Shown: positions 1 through 10,592 of the stretch, piece by piece
Layout of the letters: each line of letters starts with the position of its first letter
How positions within the stretch are numbered: the first letter of the stretch is position 1
DNA from: Trueperaceae bacterium
Lineage (GTDB): Bacteria; Deinococcota; Deinococci; Deinococcales; Trueperaceae
Length of the DNA stretch: 64,000 nt
Direction: 5' to 3'
Assembly: GCA_965214405.1 (NCBI GenBank)
Contig: OZ243956.1
Span: 4,288,001 to 4,352,000, forward strand
Translations under genes and position numbers: made by a program
Notes under the pieces: generated by a model
The model's database searches: none
What the model was told of the DNA's origin: nothing
What the model saw: only the letters and a program-made list of their open reading frames with translations

Positions 1-214
1 AAATTCAGAAAGTAGTTTTTACCCTAAACCGGCCCAACGGGGATGCAAACCGTTGCACATCTCCATTCAAAGCCCCTCGAGTCTAGCCAAAGGTGGGGAA
101 GGATACCTTTTCCCGGCTTACAAAGTATGGGGGTGGGGGAACAGACGCGCACAGAGTACGCTTCCACTTCTACTCTCCACTCGGTGCTCGGTATTTCCCT
201 TTACAAGGAGAAAC

Positions 215-245
215 AAAAAAAGCGCGCGGTCTAAACCACGCGCTT
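215..245 (-). terminator. Rho-independent terminator of csp gene
   Basis: Minus strand stem AAGCGCGTGGT-TTAG-ACCGCGCGCTT followed by a T run, 20 nt after the stop. Confidence 0.8.
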
Positions 246-263
246 CAGTAAAAGCTTTAGAAC

Positions 264-506
264 TTAGTAGCGGCTGCGGGAGCGGCTCATCGCGGGGGCC
301 GCGTCGGTCACGGTGACGTTCGCGGCCTGCAAGCCTTTTTGGCCCTGCTCGACGTTGAACTCGACCTTGTCGCCCTCGTTAAGTTCGCGGTAGCCGTCGC
401 CCTGGATGGCCGAGAAGTGAACAAACACGTCCTCGCCGCCCTCGGACTGCTCGATAAAGCCGAAGCCTTTTTCGCTGTTGAACCATTTGACTGTACCTGT
501 TGCCAT
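264..506 (-). CDS. cspA: Cold-shock protein (CSD)
   Basis: [18 protein letters not shown]...DVFVHFSAI with RNP1/RNP2 motifs; start set at ATG 506. Confidence 0.95.
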   Translation of the reverse strand: MATGTVKWFNSEKGFGFIEQSEGGEDVFVHFSAIQGDGYRELNEGDKVEFNVEQGQKGLQAANVTVTDAAPAMSRSRSRY

Positions 507-623
507 GTTACCCATCTTTCTGCATGAATGCTTTCACGCTTGCTCTTCCGGACGAATGCACGCCCGCACCACAACGAGCTTACAACGTCACTTTATGGTC
601 GTCGCCTTGTCGCGGATAACTTG

Positions 624-652
624 ACTATAAGCCAATTCGTCACAAAACGCAA
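624..652 (-). promoter_or_regulatory. Sigma70-type promoter of csp, giving a ~110-nt 5' UTR
   Basis: TTGCGT-N17-TATAGT on the minus strand. Confidence 0.6.
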
Positions 653-675
653 GGGGCTGTGAACGAAAAATGGCG

Positions 676-1476
676 TCAACGAGGTGACAGAGCCGTAAAA
701 CGCGCCTCGAGCCCCCTCACCACTATCCCACGCGGCTCGAGCCTCAGCGCCTCCACAAGTTCTTTTGTCCAAAGCCAAAGAGCAGCGTAGACAGCTTCCA
801 ATTTTTCAAGACCACCCGTGCAGGCCGCAAAACGCATGTGCGTTGGGAGGTCCTGCTCGAGCCCCCGCGACGGCGTAGGCCAGTGTTGCGCCGCGCCTTC
901 CGCCGCCCGCGCCAGCCACAGCATATGACGGTGGATGTGGTGGAGCGTATCGAAAGCCCTCACCCGCTCGCCCCGCTCAAGAACATTTAGGCCCAGCAAG
1001 AGCCAGTTGAGGAGGCGGTCGTACACAGTTTGCAAGGAGTCGGGCTCGAGCCCCTCAAAGGGTTTGTCGTGCCAGTAGGTGAGATGCCCCGCCAACTCGC
1101 CCGTGCGGTCGAGCACAAGCGTCGCGTGGGGAGAGGAGACGTTAGGAACGGCAGGCCAGTCCCTGATTTGCGCCATTCTCGAGGCCGGTTCAAAATGAAA
1201 CTCGCCCCGCACGCCGTTCTCAAAAATTGCCACGCTTGTCCCAAACTCGTTCGTGAGGAGGAGCGCGACAGGGGAGACCTGCGCCACCCACGCGTCAATT
1301 TGAATGGTCTGGAAAACCTCATCCGCAAAAAAGAGATAAAACTCGATGTCCGAGTACGCGTCACCCCCGCCCTTGGCGAACGAGCCGTACATGAGCGCCG
1401 CTCTAAGGCGCGCGTCCTCCTGGCAAAGCCTTTTAATTCGCGCAATCATCTCTTCTTGGGGTAGCTGAGACGGCAT
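676..1476 (-). CDS. Lincosamide nucleotidyltransferase-like protein (LinB/Lnu(F) family)
   Basis: MYGSF..G.GD.YSDIEFYLF nucleotidyltransferase motif plus NEFGT..AIFENGVRGEFHF, typical of LinB/LinF. Confidence 0.8.
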   Translation of the reverse strand: MPSQLPQEEMIARIKRLCQEDARLRAALMYGSFAKGGGDAYSDIEFYLFFADEVFQTIQIDAWVAQVSPVALLLTNEFGTSVAIFENGVRGEFHFEPASRMAQIRDWPAVPNVSSPHATLVLDRTGELAGHLTYWHDKPFEGLEPDSLQTVYDRLLNWLLLGLNVLERGERVRAFDTLHHIHRHMLWLARAAEGAAQHWPTPSRGLEQDLPTHMRFAACTGGLEKLEAVYAALWLWTKELVEALRLEPRGIVVRGLEARFTALSPR

Positions 1477-1988
1477 CAGAAGACTTCAGCTCGAGCCTGC
1501 ACATAAACCTCGTAGTCGTGGGAGCTAAAGAGCACCATCACCACGCGCTCCAAGGAGGTGTCGCGGCCAAAAAAGTGCTTGGTCTCAATCATGGCGATGC
1601 GGCTCGCCCGCTCGATAGGAAAGCCGTAGACCCCGGTGCTGATGGACGGAAACGCAATCGTTTTGACGCCCCCTTCTACCGCCAAGCTAAAAACGCTCTG
1701 GTAACAACTCGCCAGAAGCTCGTCCTCGCCGCTGTGCCCGCCCCGCCACACCGGGCCGACCGTGTGAATCACAAACTTGGCGGGCAGCTTGTAGCCCTTG
1801 GTAAGGCGCGCCTCGCCTGTGGGACAGCCGCCCAGGGCGCGCGTTTCTTGTAAAAGCTTCGGCCCCGCCGCGCGGTGAATCGCGCCGTCCACGCCGCCGC
1901 CGCCCAGCAGTGACGTGTTCGCGGCGTTGACGACGGCGTCAACATGCTGTTTGGTGATGTCGCCTAGGGTGAGCTCGAGTTCGGCCAT
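1476..1988 (-). CDS. Macro domain protein (YmdB-like O-acetyl-ADP-ribose deacetylase)
   Basis: [35 protein letters not shown] and [13 protein letters not shown] motifs. Confidence 0.92.
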   Translation of the reverse strand: MAELELTLGDITKQHVDAVVNAANTSLLGGGGVDGAIHRAAGPKLLQETRALGGCPTGEARLTKGYKLPAKFVIHTVGPVWRGGHSGEDELLASCYQSVFSLAVEGGVKTIAFPSISTGVYGFPIERASRIAMIETKHFFGRDTSLERVVMVLFSSHDYEVYVQARAEVF

Positions 1989-2078
1989 AACTTGATTTTA
2001 CGCAAACTCAAGCACGCTGTGACCGGACTGCTCGAGCGTTGGTTTGACTTGAGATTTATACAAGTTTCGGGGTTGCGA

Positions 2079-2097
2079 CTGTAAGAACGCTGTAAGA
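2079..2097 (+). promoter_or_regulatory. Candidate OmpR-family response regulator box
   Basis: CTGTAAGA direct repeat at 2079 and 2090 (11-bp period) upstream of the DUF805 gene. Confidence 0.35.
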
Positions 2098-2139
2098 GGG
2101 TGCCCTCTAAGCTTCGGCTTAGATTTAGGAAGGTGTAAC

Positions 2140-2535
2140 GTGAACACGCTATTTTCAATGCAAGGCAGAATAGGCCGGAGAACCTATGTTTTGCTCTTGC
2201 TTTCGGCTGTTGCTGTCTACCTCGCATCGTCATTTACCTTAGGGTTCATCTTCGCGGTGGTTCGTCCCGACCTTTTTGTGACTGAAGGGCTGCCTTCCTT
2301 TTCTACCGTGCTGGTCTGTCTGGCTGGCATACCTTCTTTGCACATCGTTGTGGCTGCGAAAGTCAAGCGTCTACACGACCTTAACCGTCCCGGCTCTCAC
2401 CTCCGGGTGCATCTTTCCGCCATATACGGTACTGACCTCGAGCTCGCCATGCTTACAAAACTGGGTACGGCAGGCGATAATTGTTACGGTCCCAGCTCCA
2501 CGCGGTCACCGGCGCAGGGCGCGCGGATGGCCTAG
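2140..2535 (+). CDS. DUF805 family membrane protein
   Basis: LFSMQGRIGRRTY...VKRLHDLNRPG...G..GDNCYGP. Confidence 0.8.
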   Translation: MNTLFSMQGRIGRRTYVLLLLSAVAVYLASSFTLGFIFAVVRPDLFVTEGLPSFSTVLVCLAGIPSLHIVVAAKVKRLHDLNRPGSHLRVHLSAIYGTDLELAMLTKLGTAGDNCYGPSSTRSPAQGARMA

Positions 2536-2654
2536 AGAAGCACTTTCGCAGTTACCAGCAGTAGAGAAAAGCTGAATCGGACGTGCAGAGAATCTGCTTT
2601 AGAAAAGCGGATGAACTACTTTTTGGCTTGACTAACTCCAGTTCTCCCGGCGTC

Positions 2655-3071
2655 CTACCGCTTGAGGCTCAGCAGCGCCATGATGGTCGGAACCGCGACG
2701 ACGCCGTGCATGATCTCGAGCGTCCAGCCCGTCACGGGGCTCAAGGCCGCGGTGATGGGATTAATCGCAAACACGATAAAGACAACCGCCGCGACGAGCA
2801 AAAAAACCGGATTCGGGTTGGCGAGAAAACGGTTCAAAAGCCAGTAGACGGCTCCCGCGACGAGCGCGGGCACAATGCTAAAGAGAATAATGGGGATGAG
2901 CCCGACGCTATCGGTAACGGGCGTGTCCACAGCCAAAGGTCCGCCGAGGATGGCCCGCGCGATAAAATAGATGACGGCGTTGATAAGAGCCGCGATAAGC
3001 CCGGCGGTGAGCCCGGCGCGCAGGGCGCTTGAGAATGAAACGTTGGATGTGGTTCTGCTAACGGTGGTCAT
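2655..3071 (-). CDS. DUF6069-like 4-TM membrane protein
   Basis: Four hydrophobic segments and C-terminal LEIMHGVVA motif; SD AAGGAGG before ATG 3071. Confidence 0.6.
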   Translation of the reverse strand: MTTVSRTTSNVSFSSALRAGLTAGLIAALINAVIYFIARAILGGPLAVDTPVTDSVGLIPIILFSIVPALVAGAVYWLLNRFLANPNPVFLLVAAVVFIVFAINPITAALSPVTGWTLEIMHGVVAVPTIMALLSLKR

Positions 3072-3252
3072 GACTGCCTCCTTTGGCGTCCGCCCCCGCA
3101 CGCCTGCTAAACTTTGGTTCCCAGACCGCGCGACCCGCTTTCGGTCGCTCGAGCCTTTGGCTCGCAGTACACATCATAAAGTATAGTGTGCAATGACCGT
3201 GTAAGGGTCGAGCCGCACCGCCTTTTTTGGGCGAAGGCGTAAGCCGCACGAT

Positions 3253-4212
3253 TCAGTCTTCAAACGAAAACCTCACGAGTTTATCCGCCGCCGACGCCGC
3301 GCCCCAGACCTCACCGGGACGCCCGAGCAGTTGGCGCACCTGCGCGCCCGCCGTGGACAGCTCGAAGCTCTCAAAACTTTCGGTCTCCGGGTCGAAGCGC
3401 ACCACCGCGTCCCCGCCGAAGTCGGTCAGCCAGACCTTGTCTTGCTCATCCACGTAGACCGCGTACGCCGCCGGGTTGTCGCCGGGCAGAGGCCACTCGC
3501 GCCACGTTTGGGTCGCAGGGTCGTAAACCGCCACCTGCCCCGCGTTCCACTCCGCCACCCAGATGCGCCCGGTAGCGTCCGACCAAACGCGGCGGGCACC
3601 CTGGTTGGGGGTGGGCGGCTCGAGCACCGTCACCTCACCGGTCTCTGTGTTGACGTGTCCAACATAGGAGCCCGCCAACGACGCGTAGTAAACCTCACCC
3701 AAAGGCGTGGCGGCGATACCGTAAGGACCCGCGCCGCGCGGCGCGTCGTACACTTGCATCTCTTCGGTTGCTGGGTTAAAGCTGCCGTAAATCTCTGACT
3801 GTCCCGTAAACCAGAGCACGCCGTTCCCGTCGAAAGTCGCCGTGTTGAGGTTGGCGTAGCCGGTGCTCTCGGGTAGCGGGTAAACCGTGACTTCTTCCGT
3901 CTCAGCGTCCACCTTGACAATGGCGTTGAGGCCGCCGTCGGTCACCCACGCATCCCCATCCGGGCCGACGATGACGCCGTGGGGTCTCGAGCCCTCCCCC
4001 AAAGGAACGCGCGTCACCTCGCCCGTTTGGGGATTCAATTTGCCCAACTCGCCCGAACCCTGTCCGGTATACCAGACGCCGCCGTCCGGCGCGGGCGCGA
4101 CGTCGTGGGGACGTGATGAGGGGACGGCGTACTCCGCAATCTCTTGGGCGGTCGCGGGAGAAAAGAACAAAAACGCCGCTATGACCGTTGCTGTGAGGTT
4201 TCGCCTAATCAC
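3253..4212 (-). CDS. Secreted Vgb (virginiamycin B lyase)-like beta-propeller
   Basis: Repeated P.G.VW.T blades, SRPHDV/SRPHGV; GTG start 4212 with SD AGGAG and signal peptide ending ATA-Q. Confidence 0.8.
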   Translation of the reverse strand: MIRRNLTATVIAAFLFFSPATAQEIAEYAVPSSRPHDVAPAPDGGVWYTGQGSGELGKLNPQTGEVTRVPLGEGSRPHGVIVGPDGDAWVTDGGLNAIVKVDAETEEVTVYPLPESTGYANLNTATFDGNGVLWFTGQSEIYGSFNPATEEMQVYDAPRGAGPYGIAATPLGEVYYASLAGSYVGHVNTETGEVTVLEPPTPNQGARRVWSDATGRIWVAEWNAGQVAVYDPATQTWREWPLPGDNPAAYAVYVDEQDKVWLTDFGGDAVVRFDPETESFESFELSTAGAQVRQLLGRPGEVWGAASAADKLVRFSFED

Positions 4213-4326
4213 GCCTGGTCTCCTAATCTGGTTTGTTTCTGCCCGCGTTGGGCAAACCTGAGCGTACGGAAGTTGATGACTTTGGTGAATCATAAAGGTA
4301 TAGGCGCTCATCATGGAGGTGACGGG

Positions 4327-5310
4327 TTACGGAAGGGGGAGGCTCGAGACCGTAAACGGCAACTCCGGCGAATTCGTGTCGAGCTGCGAATTAACCACCA
4401 GCAGGCGCTCCCCCGCCTTGGCGAGGGTGGTAGGAAGCTTGAGTGACGGGTCGGTGATTCTCTGCTGAACTTCACCCCTCGAGAAATCTTCTGACAGCGC
4501 AATAACGACAATTTCCGCCGGATTTTCGCGCACGGCGTAGAGGGTTTGCCCCTCGAGCACAAGCCCGTCCCCCGTCGTTAGCGCTTCGCCGCCGAGGTCG
4601 ACTTGGGTGATTTCTCGAGTATTCACGTTAACGCGGTAAAGCTCACCCGTGTTGAACTGCACGGTAAGCAGATAGGTCCCGTTTTCATTCGCGGCAATCC
4701 CGTGGAGGTTGAAGCCGTTCTGATAGGTGATGGGCGTATTGGTAAGCTCGAGCCACGCCCCCATCTCGCCCACACGGTCTGAGGCGAGCGGCGCGCGGAA
4801 GATGACGGGGCGAAACGAGTCGGTAAAGTACGCGGCGTCCGCTGTGACGGTCACGTCGTTGATGAGGGTGTTTGGAGACGCGGGCGTTTCTAAAACTTTA
4901 ATGAGGTCGCGGGAGGCGGTGTCATAAACAAAAGCGCGTCCGGTGCGCCTGCCCGCGACGAAAAGCCTCCCTTGCGCGTCAACCTTCATGCCCGTGACCC
5001 CTCCTCGCCCGTCCGTACCCGCGGCCAGAAAGACCTCCAACTCGCCCCCGTCATCCCGCACATTGCCCCGGTAGATGGCACCGTCAAAGGTGCTGCCGAC
5101 GTAAAAGTCACCCGTCGCCGCGTCGTAGGCGACGCCCTCGGGGAGAACCGCATTTCCCGGCAAGGTGTACGTTACAGCCTGCGCGGACGCGAGGGTGATG
5201 ACGGTGAGAATCAAGCTGAGCGTGAGGGTGCGAATTAGGATAATGCCTCTCGAGTTATGGACTGAACGTTCTAAATTGAAAACGAGTTTAAGTTTCTTTA
5301 TGTGAGTCAC
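4327..5310 (-). CDS. Secreted SMP-30/gluconolactonase-like beta-propeller
   Basis: PEGVAYD..GDFYVGS, INDVTVT..AYFTDS, GDGL motifs; signal peptide ending ASA-Q; true start uncertain. Confidence 0.75.
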   Translation of the reverse strand: MTHIKKLKLVFNLERSVHNSRGIILIRTLTLSLILTVITLASAQAVTYTLPGNAVLPEGVAYDAATGDFYVGSTFDGAIYRGNVRDDGGELEVFLAAGTDGRGGVTGMKVDAQGRLFVAGRRTGRAFVYDTASRDLIKVLETPASPNTLINDVTVTADAAYFTDSFRPVIFRAPLASDRVGEMGAWLELTNTPITYQNGFNLHGIAANENGTYLLTVQFNTGELYRVNVNTREITQVDLGGEALTTGDGLVLEGQTLYAVRENPAEIVVIALSEDFSRGEVQQRITDPSLKLPTTLAKAGERLLVVNSQLDTNSPELPFTVSSLPLP

Positions 5311-5363
5311 CTCTTTCTCGAAAAAGATTGTTGGGTGGTGAAAAGCCTAAATAAAAAGCCCGC

Positions 5364-5660
5364 GTCAATCCAACAGCGACAGGGCTGTGGTCATGATGGG
5401 CTCGAGCACCCCGACCACCGCCCCCCCACCCCGTCAAAGCGCCCCCGAGCCAGCCGAACCATAGCCTATGGAGTGAACAATGCTGTCAAACGCCACCGCG
5501 CCCAGGCCCGCCAGCATCCCAATAAGCAGCGCCGTTCCCACCAGCGAGGCCGCCTGATACGGTTCGCGGTGGCTGGTGCGTTCGACAAAGAGTTTGAGGA
5601 GGGTTTTACGCTGTTGAAAGAGGCGGGCGCGGGTCATGAGCCAACCGTTATGCTGTAGCA
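5364..5660 (-). pseudogene. Degenerate membrane-protein fragment (ClC channel N-terminus-like)
   Basis: ALLIGMLAGLGAVAF helix, continued in a shifted frame (WFGWLGGALTGW), then truncated. Confidence 0.3.
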
Positions 5661-5754
5661 TTCTCGCCCCCAGCGTCACGCCTCGCGTGCGTTACGGGTT
5701 TATTCGCGCGGGGTCACAGCGGTACGGTAGAAGAAGCAGGTCAAGAAAGGGTAG

Positions 5755-6969
<1,215 letters not shown>

Positions 6970-7103
6970 GGGCTGCTGGACGGTGAATTCTGCTGCGCTG
7001 AGTTGAGGACAAAGTTGTGTGCAAGTTTCCCTGGTTCGCATATCACGGGGAGGGGTAAGAGCATACTTCAGACACTGTAGCGTTGTTTAGCTTAATGAGC
7101 ATA

Positions 7104-7137
7104 GAAGGAGCCGCACCGACTTTCGGCGCGGCTTCTC
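7104..7137. terminator. Hairpin between convergent tyrS and AAA gene
   Basis: AGCCGCACCGA-CTT-TCGGCGCGGCT stem-loop. Confidence 0.55.
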
Positions 7138-7217
7138 ATGCGTGAGACGGCCCGTGACGCTGCGTTGGCCATAAAATACTTTTAGTTGAATAGTTTGTCC
7201 TATCTGTCGCTGCCGTA

Positions 7218-7685
7218 TCAGCCTCTGACCATCTCGCTCAACTCATCGGAGCCTGGGGGCTCGAAACCAGCTTTTAACTCTTGAAATCCTCCCGCCGAGA
7301 TGAGGAAGGCGCCAGGTGCTCCGTTTCGCCCCAAGCATCGAGCAAGGGCGACCTCGTCGGGAACACGGAGCCAGTAAAGCCGCGTCGCCGCCCCGACTAA
7401 GTGCGCTCGCTCGCGGACGTCGTCTCGAAGCGCCCGGCGCCAAAACCCAAAGTCGAGAACGACGTCGACCCCGGCCTTCGTCACTTGCGGCCAGAGGTCG
7501 TTGAGAGCGACAAGCAAGCGTTCAAACGCCTTTGCGTCCATTTCGTGCGTGGGTTCGTCTGCAAACAACTGCAAGTACAGCTCATCGACCGAAAATCTGA
7601 CGGCTGATTTTTGCTCCGTTAGCGTCTTGGAAAAAGTTGTTTTACCAGCTCCGAGGAAACCACAGATGAGGTGAACCGTCGCCAT
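7218..7685 (-). CDS. AAA_33-type P-loop kinase/ATPase
   Basis: VHLICGFLGAGKTT Walker A, DVVLDFGFW.R..R motif. Confidence 0.8.
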   Translation of the reverse strand: MATVHLICGFLGAGKTTFSKTLTEQKSAVRFSVDELYLQLFADEPTHEMDAKAFERLLVALNDLWPQVTKAGVDVVLDFGFWRRALRDDVRERAHLVGAATRLYWLRVPDEVALARCLGRNGAPGAFLISAGGFQELKAGFEPPGSDELSEMVRG

Positions 7686-7769
7686 GTTATTTTACCTTGA
7701 CCGCATTCGTACAAGAGGGACTAGTTTTTAGCGAAAACACTTGTGACGCAGCACATTTGATCACTTAAT

Positions 7770-8738
7770 CTAAATCGCCAGCACCTTTGCCAGCTCAAAA
7801 AGCTGCCAGTCGATTTCCTTGTGCTTTTCCCAGGTGTCGCGCAGGGGCACGAACTCGGTGCCGCGCTTGTCCACGCCGACCATCACGCCCGTTTCGCCGT
7901 CCAAGAGGCCCTTGACCGCCACGTAGCCCAAGCGCGAGGCCAAAACGCGGTCCCTGGTGCTCGGCGAGCCGCCGCGCTGCACGTGGCCTAAGATGCTCGT
8001 GCGGGCCTCGTAGCCGCAGGCAACCTCGATTTCGCGTTGCAAGGCCACCGCCCCGCCCGGATAGGCCCCCTCGGCGACGACGACGACGCTCGAGCTTTTG
8101 CCCCGCCTTTGCGCGTCGATGACCATGTTGACCAGCGCGGGCACGTCCACCTCGACCTCGGGCAAGAGGATCGCCTCGGCCCCCCCCGCGACGCCCACGT
8201 TGAGCGCGATGTGCCCCGCGCGCCGCCCCATCACCTCGATCAGAAAGAGGCGGTCATGGCTCGCGGCGGTGTCGCGCAAACGGTCAATCGCGTCCAGCGC
8301 GATGTTCATGGCGGTGTTAAAGCCTATAGACACGTCGGTGCCGTACACGTCGTTGTCGATCGTCCCGGCGATGCCGACGACCGGAAAGCCGTGCTCTTCA
8401 AAGAGCGCCGCCGCGCCGCGAAAGGAGCCGTCGCCGCCGATGACGACGAGCCCCTCGATCCCGTGCTTGCGGAGGTTGTCCGCCGCCTTGGCCCGGCCCT
8501 CGGGCGTCATGAAGGCTCTCGAGCGCGCCGTGCGCAACACCGTGCCGCCGCGCTGGATGATGTTGGCGACGCTTCTGGGTCCCAATTCCTCGATGTCGTT
8601 TTCGATCATGCCCTGGTACCCGCGGTAGACGCCCGACACGCGGACGTCGTGATAGATGGCGGTGCGGACGACCGCGCGGATGGCGGCGTTCATGCCCGGC
8701 GCGTCGCCTCCGGAGGTGAGAACGGCGAGGTGCTTCAT
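7770..8738 (-). CDS. pfkA: ATP-dependent 6-phosphofructokinase
   Basis: TSGGDAPGMNAAIRAVV, GGDGS, TIDND, EVMGR, LGHVQRGG. Confidence 0.97.
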   Translation of the reverse strand: MKHLAVLTSGGDAPGMNAAIRAVVRTAIYHDVRVSGVYRGYQGMIENDIEELGPRSVANIIQRGGTVLRTARSRAFMTPEGRAKAADNLRKHGIEGLVVIGGDGSFRGAAALFEEHGFPVVGIAGTIDNDVYGTDVSIGFNTAMNIALDAIDRLRDTAASHDRLFLIEVMGRRAGHIALNVGVAGGAEAILLPEVEVDVPALVNMVIDAQRRGKSSSVVVVAEGAYPGGAVALQREIEVACGYEARTSILGHVQRGGSPSTRDRVLASRLGYVAVKGLLDGETGVMVGVDKRGTEFVPLRDTWEKHKEIDWQLFELAKVLAI

Positions 8739-8985
8739 CAGAAACGAGTATAACCCGTGTCAGGGACGGGCGAGTAAGGGGGTGCTTACGGGCGGCCTAC
8801 GGTGGGTCGGGTTGTTTGGTGTTTGATGGCGCGTCGGTCCTGCGTCTCTCGCCCTTTTTTCAACCTATTTTCAACGTAGCTCAGGCCGGGACGAACAGCG
8901 TCAACTTTTCTTTAGAATTACACCCCAGGCCTCTCCGGTTTACGCCCCGAAAGCGGTGGATAAACCGAGTTGCGCCCGGCAATCC

Positions 8986-10080
8986 TCAACCGTTTTCGTA
9001 AAAGCGGCTCGTCTGGTAGTAGTCCTCGTACAAAAGTTTGGCAAAGGCGGCCAGGGGCACCGCGATGAGCGCGCCCCAGATGCCGCTCAAGCTCGCGCCG
9101 ATGAGGATGGCGATGATGACGACCGCGGGGTGGAGTTTGGTGCTGCGGCCCAAAACGAGGGGCGAGAGGATGTGGGTCTCGAGCTGGTTCGCCGCCGTTA
9201 CCACCGCCAGCACGCCCAGGACCTGCCACCAGCCGCCGCTCAGCGCCAACAGCAGCGCGGGCAAGGTCGAGACGACGACGCCCAGGTAGGGCACGAGGTT
9301 GAACACGCCCGCTAAAAATCCGAGCGACAGCGCTAGCGGGATGCCGAGGAGGTAGAACCCCGCCCCGACGATAATCCCGACAAAACTCGCAATAATAAGC
9401 TGGCCCCGAAAGTAGCCGCCCACGGCGTGCTCGAACTTGGCCAACACGTCCCTGGTGGTGTTCTGGTAGGGTTTGGGGGCCACCCGAACCAAAAAGTGCG
9501 TGACCTGGGGCAGGGTGAGCAGGATGTAAACGGTGAGCGCCAGCAGCGCGATAAGCTCGATGACGCTGCTCGTCACCGCGGTGATGCTCGTGATCAAACC
9601 GCCCCCGGTGACAAACGCGCCGAGCCCCTCCAAGAGGCTCGAGGTGAGGTTGCCGAGCTGGTCAACCCCCGAGCGGTAGCCGCTCTCGGCGGCTGAGCGC
9701 AAAGAGGCGGGCAGCGGCAGATTGCGAATCATGACCGGCAAACTCGTCGCGTCGGTGGTGACCCGCTGGACAAGCGCCGGTACGGTCTGCGAAAACTGAA
9801 TCACCTGCTGAACCAAGCCGACCACGAGCGACACCATAAGCGCCACCAGGACCCCGAGCGCCAGAAAAAAGAGGACGAGCCCCAACCAGCGCGCGTGAAA
9901 GCGCCGCTGGCTCCAGACGAGCAGCGGGTAGACCAGATAAGCAATTAAAAAGGCGGCCACCGCCAGAAACCAGACCTGCCGCGTGCGCCACAAAAACAAA
10001 AAGGCGGCGAGAAATAAAAGCAGCGTCACGAGCGTCCGCACGTAGGCGTTGCGCCAGACTGCCGCGAAAGCCTGCTGCAT
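8986..10080 (-). CDS. AI-2E family transporter
   Basis: Multi-TM protein with YFRGQL, NLVPYLG, L.P.V.G....LHP, G..GAL.AVPL. Confidence 0.9.
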   Translation of the reverse strand: MQQAFAAVWRNAYVRTLVTLLLFLAAFLFLWRTRQVWFLAVAAFLIAYLVYPLLVWSQRRFHARWLGLVLFFLALGVLVALMVSLVVGLVQQVIQFSQTVPALVQRVTTDATSLPVMIRNLPLPASLRSAAESGYRSGVDQLGNLTSSLLEGLGAFVTGGGLITSITAVTSSVIELIALLALTVYILLTLPQVTHFLVRVAPKPYQNTTRDVLAKFEHAVGGYFRGQLIIASFVGIIVGAGFYLLGIPLALSLGFLAGVFNLVPYLGVVVSTLPALLLALSGGWWQVLGVLAVVTAANQLETHILSPLVLGRSTKLHPAVVIIAILIGASLSGIWGALIAVPLAAFAKLLYEDYYQTSRFYENG

Positions 10081-10134
10081 TACCCGGCCTCGCCGCTTCG
10101 CTGCCCCGCGCGCCGTACACGCAATCTGTCAACC

Positions 10135-10494
10135 CGCTTAAACGGCGGGTGAGCAGCCTGGAGAGGTTGACGAAGCGTGACACCTTGGCAGCATTGTGAG
10201 CAGGTGCCTGGCCGAGGGTTGAAAAAGCGTCGGGCCGTCCCGTGGCTCCCGCCCCGCTGCGTCCACCAGGAGATACTCAAGCTCGCGCCGCGCCCGCTCA
10301 CGTTCAGCAGGGCCTGCATGATGACGCTAAGTCGGCGCAGACGTTTCTTGTTTGGCAGACGCTCGTCTAGAGGGTCTGTAAGAGGCTGCAAACCTACGCT
10401 ATAGTCCAGCATAAGGAACTCCGTTTCGTGTGGTCTTCAGCAAACTTCACTTTAGCAACGGAGTTCCTTATTTCCTAGGGGTTGGCGTGGGTTG
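10135..10494 (-). mobile_element. Internally deleted IS4-family-like element (transposase remnant)
   Basis: N-terminal piece ALLNVSGR..LSIS.WT..GGS..T..RFF fused to C-terminal piece HNAAKVSRFVNLSRLL in another frame; perfect 15-bp inverted repeat 10411-10425/10457-10471 over the start. Confidence 0.6.
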
Positions 10495-10592
10495 GTGAAA
10501 GTGCTGGGTGACCCTCCTCATATTTTCACATCTGAGACTGCGCCACAGTCTCGGTACTCGTTGCTGAGGGTCTACCCGGCGCGTAAGCTGAG

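Noticed and set aside
20..100. c-di-GMP-I riboswitch-like words (AAACC...GGGATGCAAA)
   Set aside because: No GNRA-capped stem or correct element order, and no downstream + strand gene
3253..4212. Bona fide streptogramin B resistance (vgb)
   Set aside because: Has a signal peptide, and the last blade reads QVRQL rather than the EPHG catalytic motif; fold similarity only
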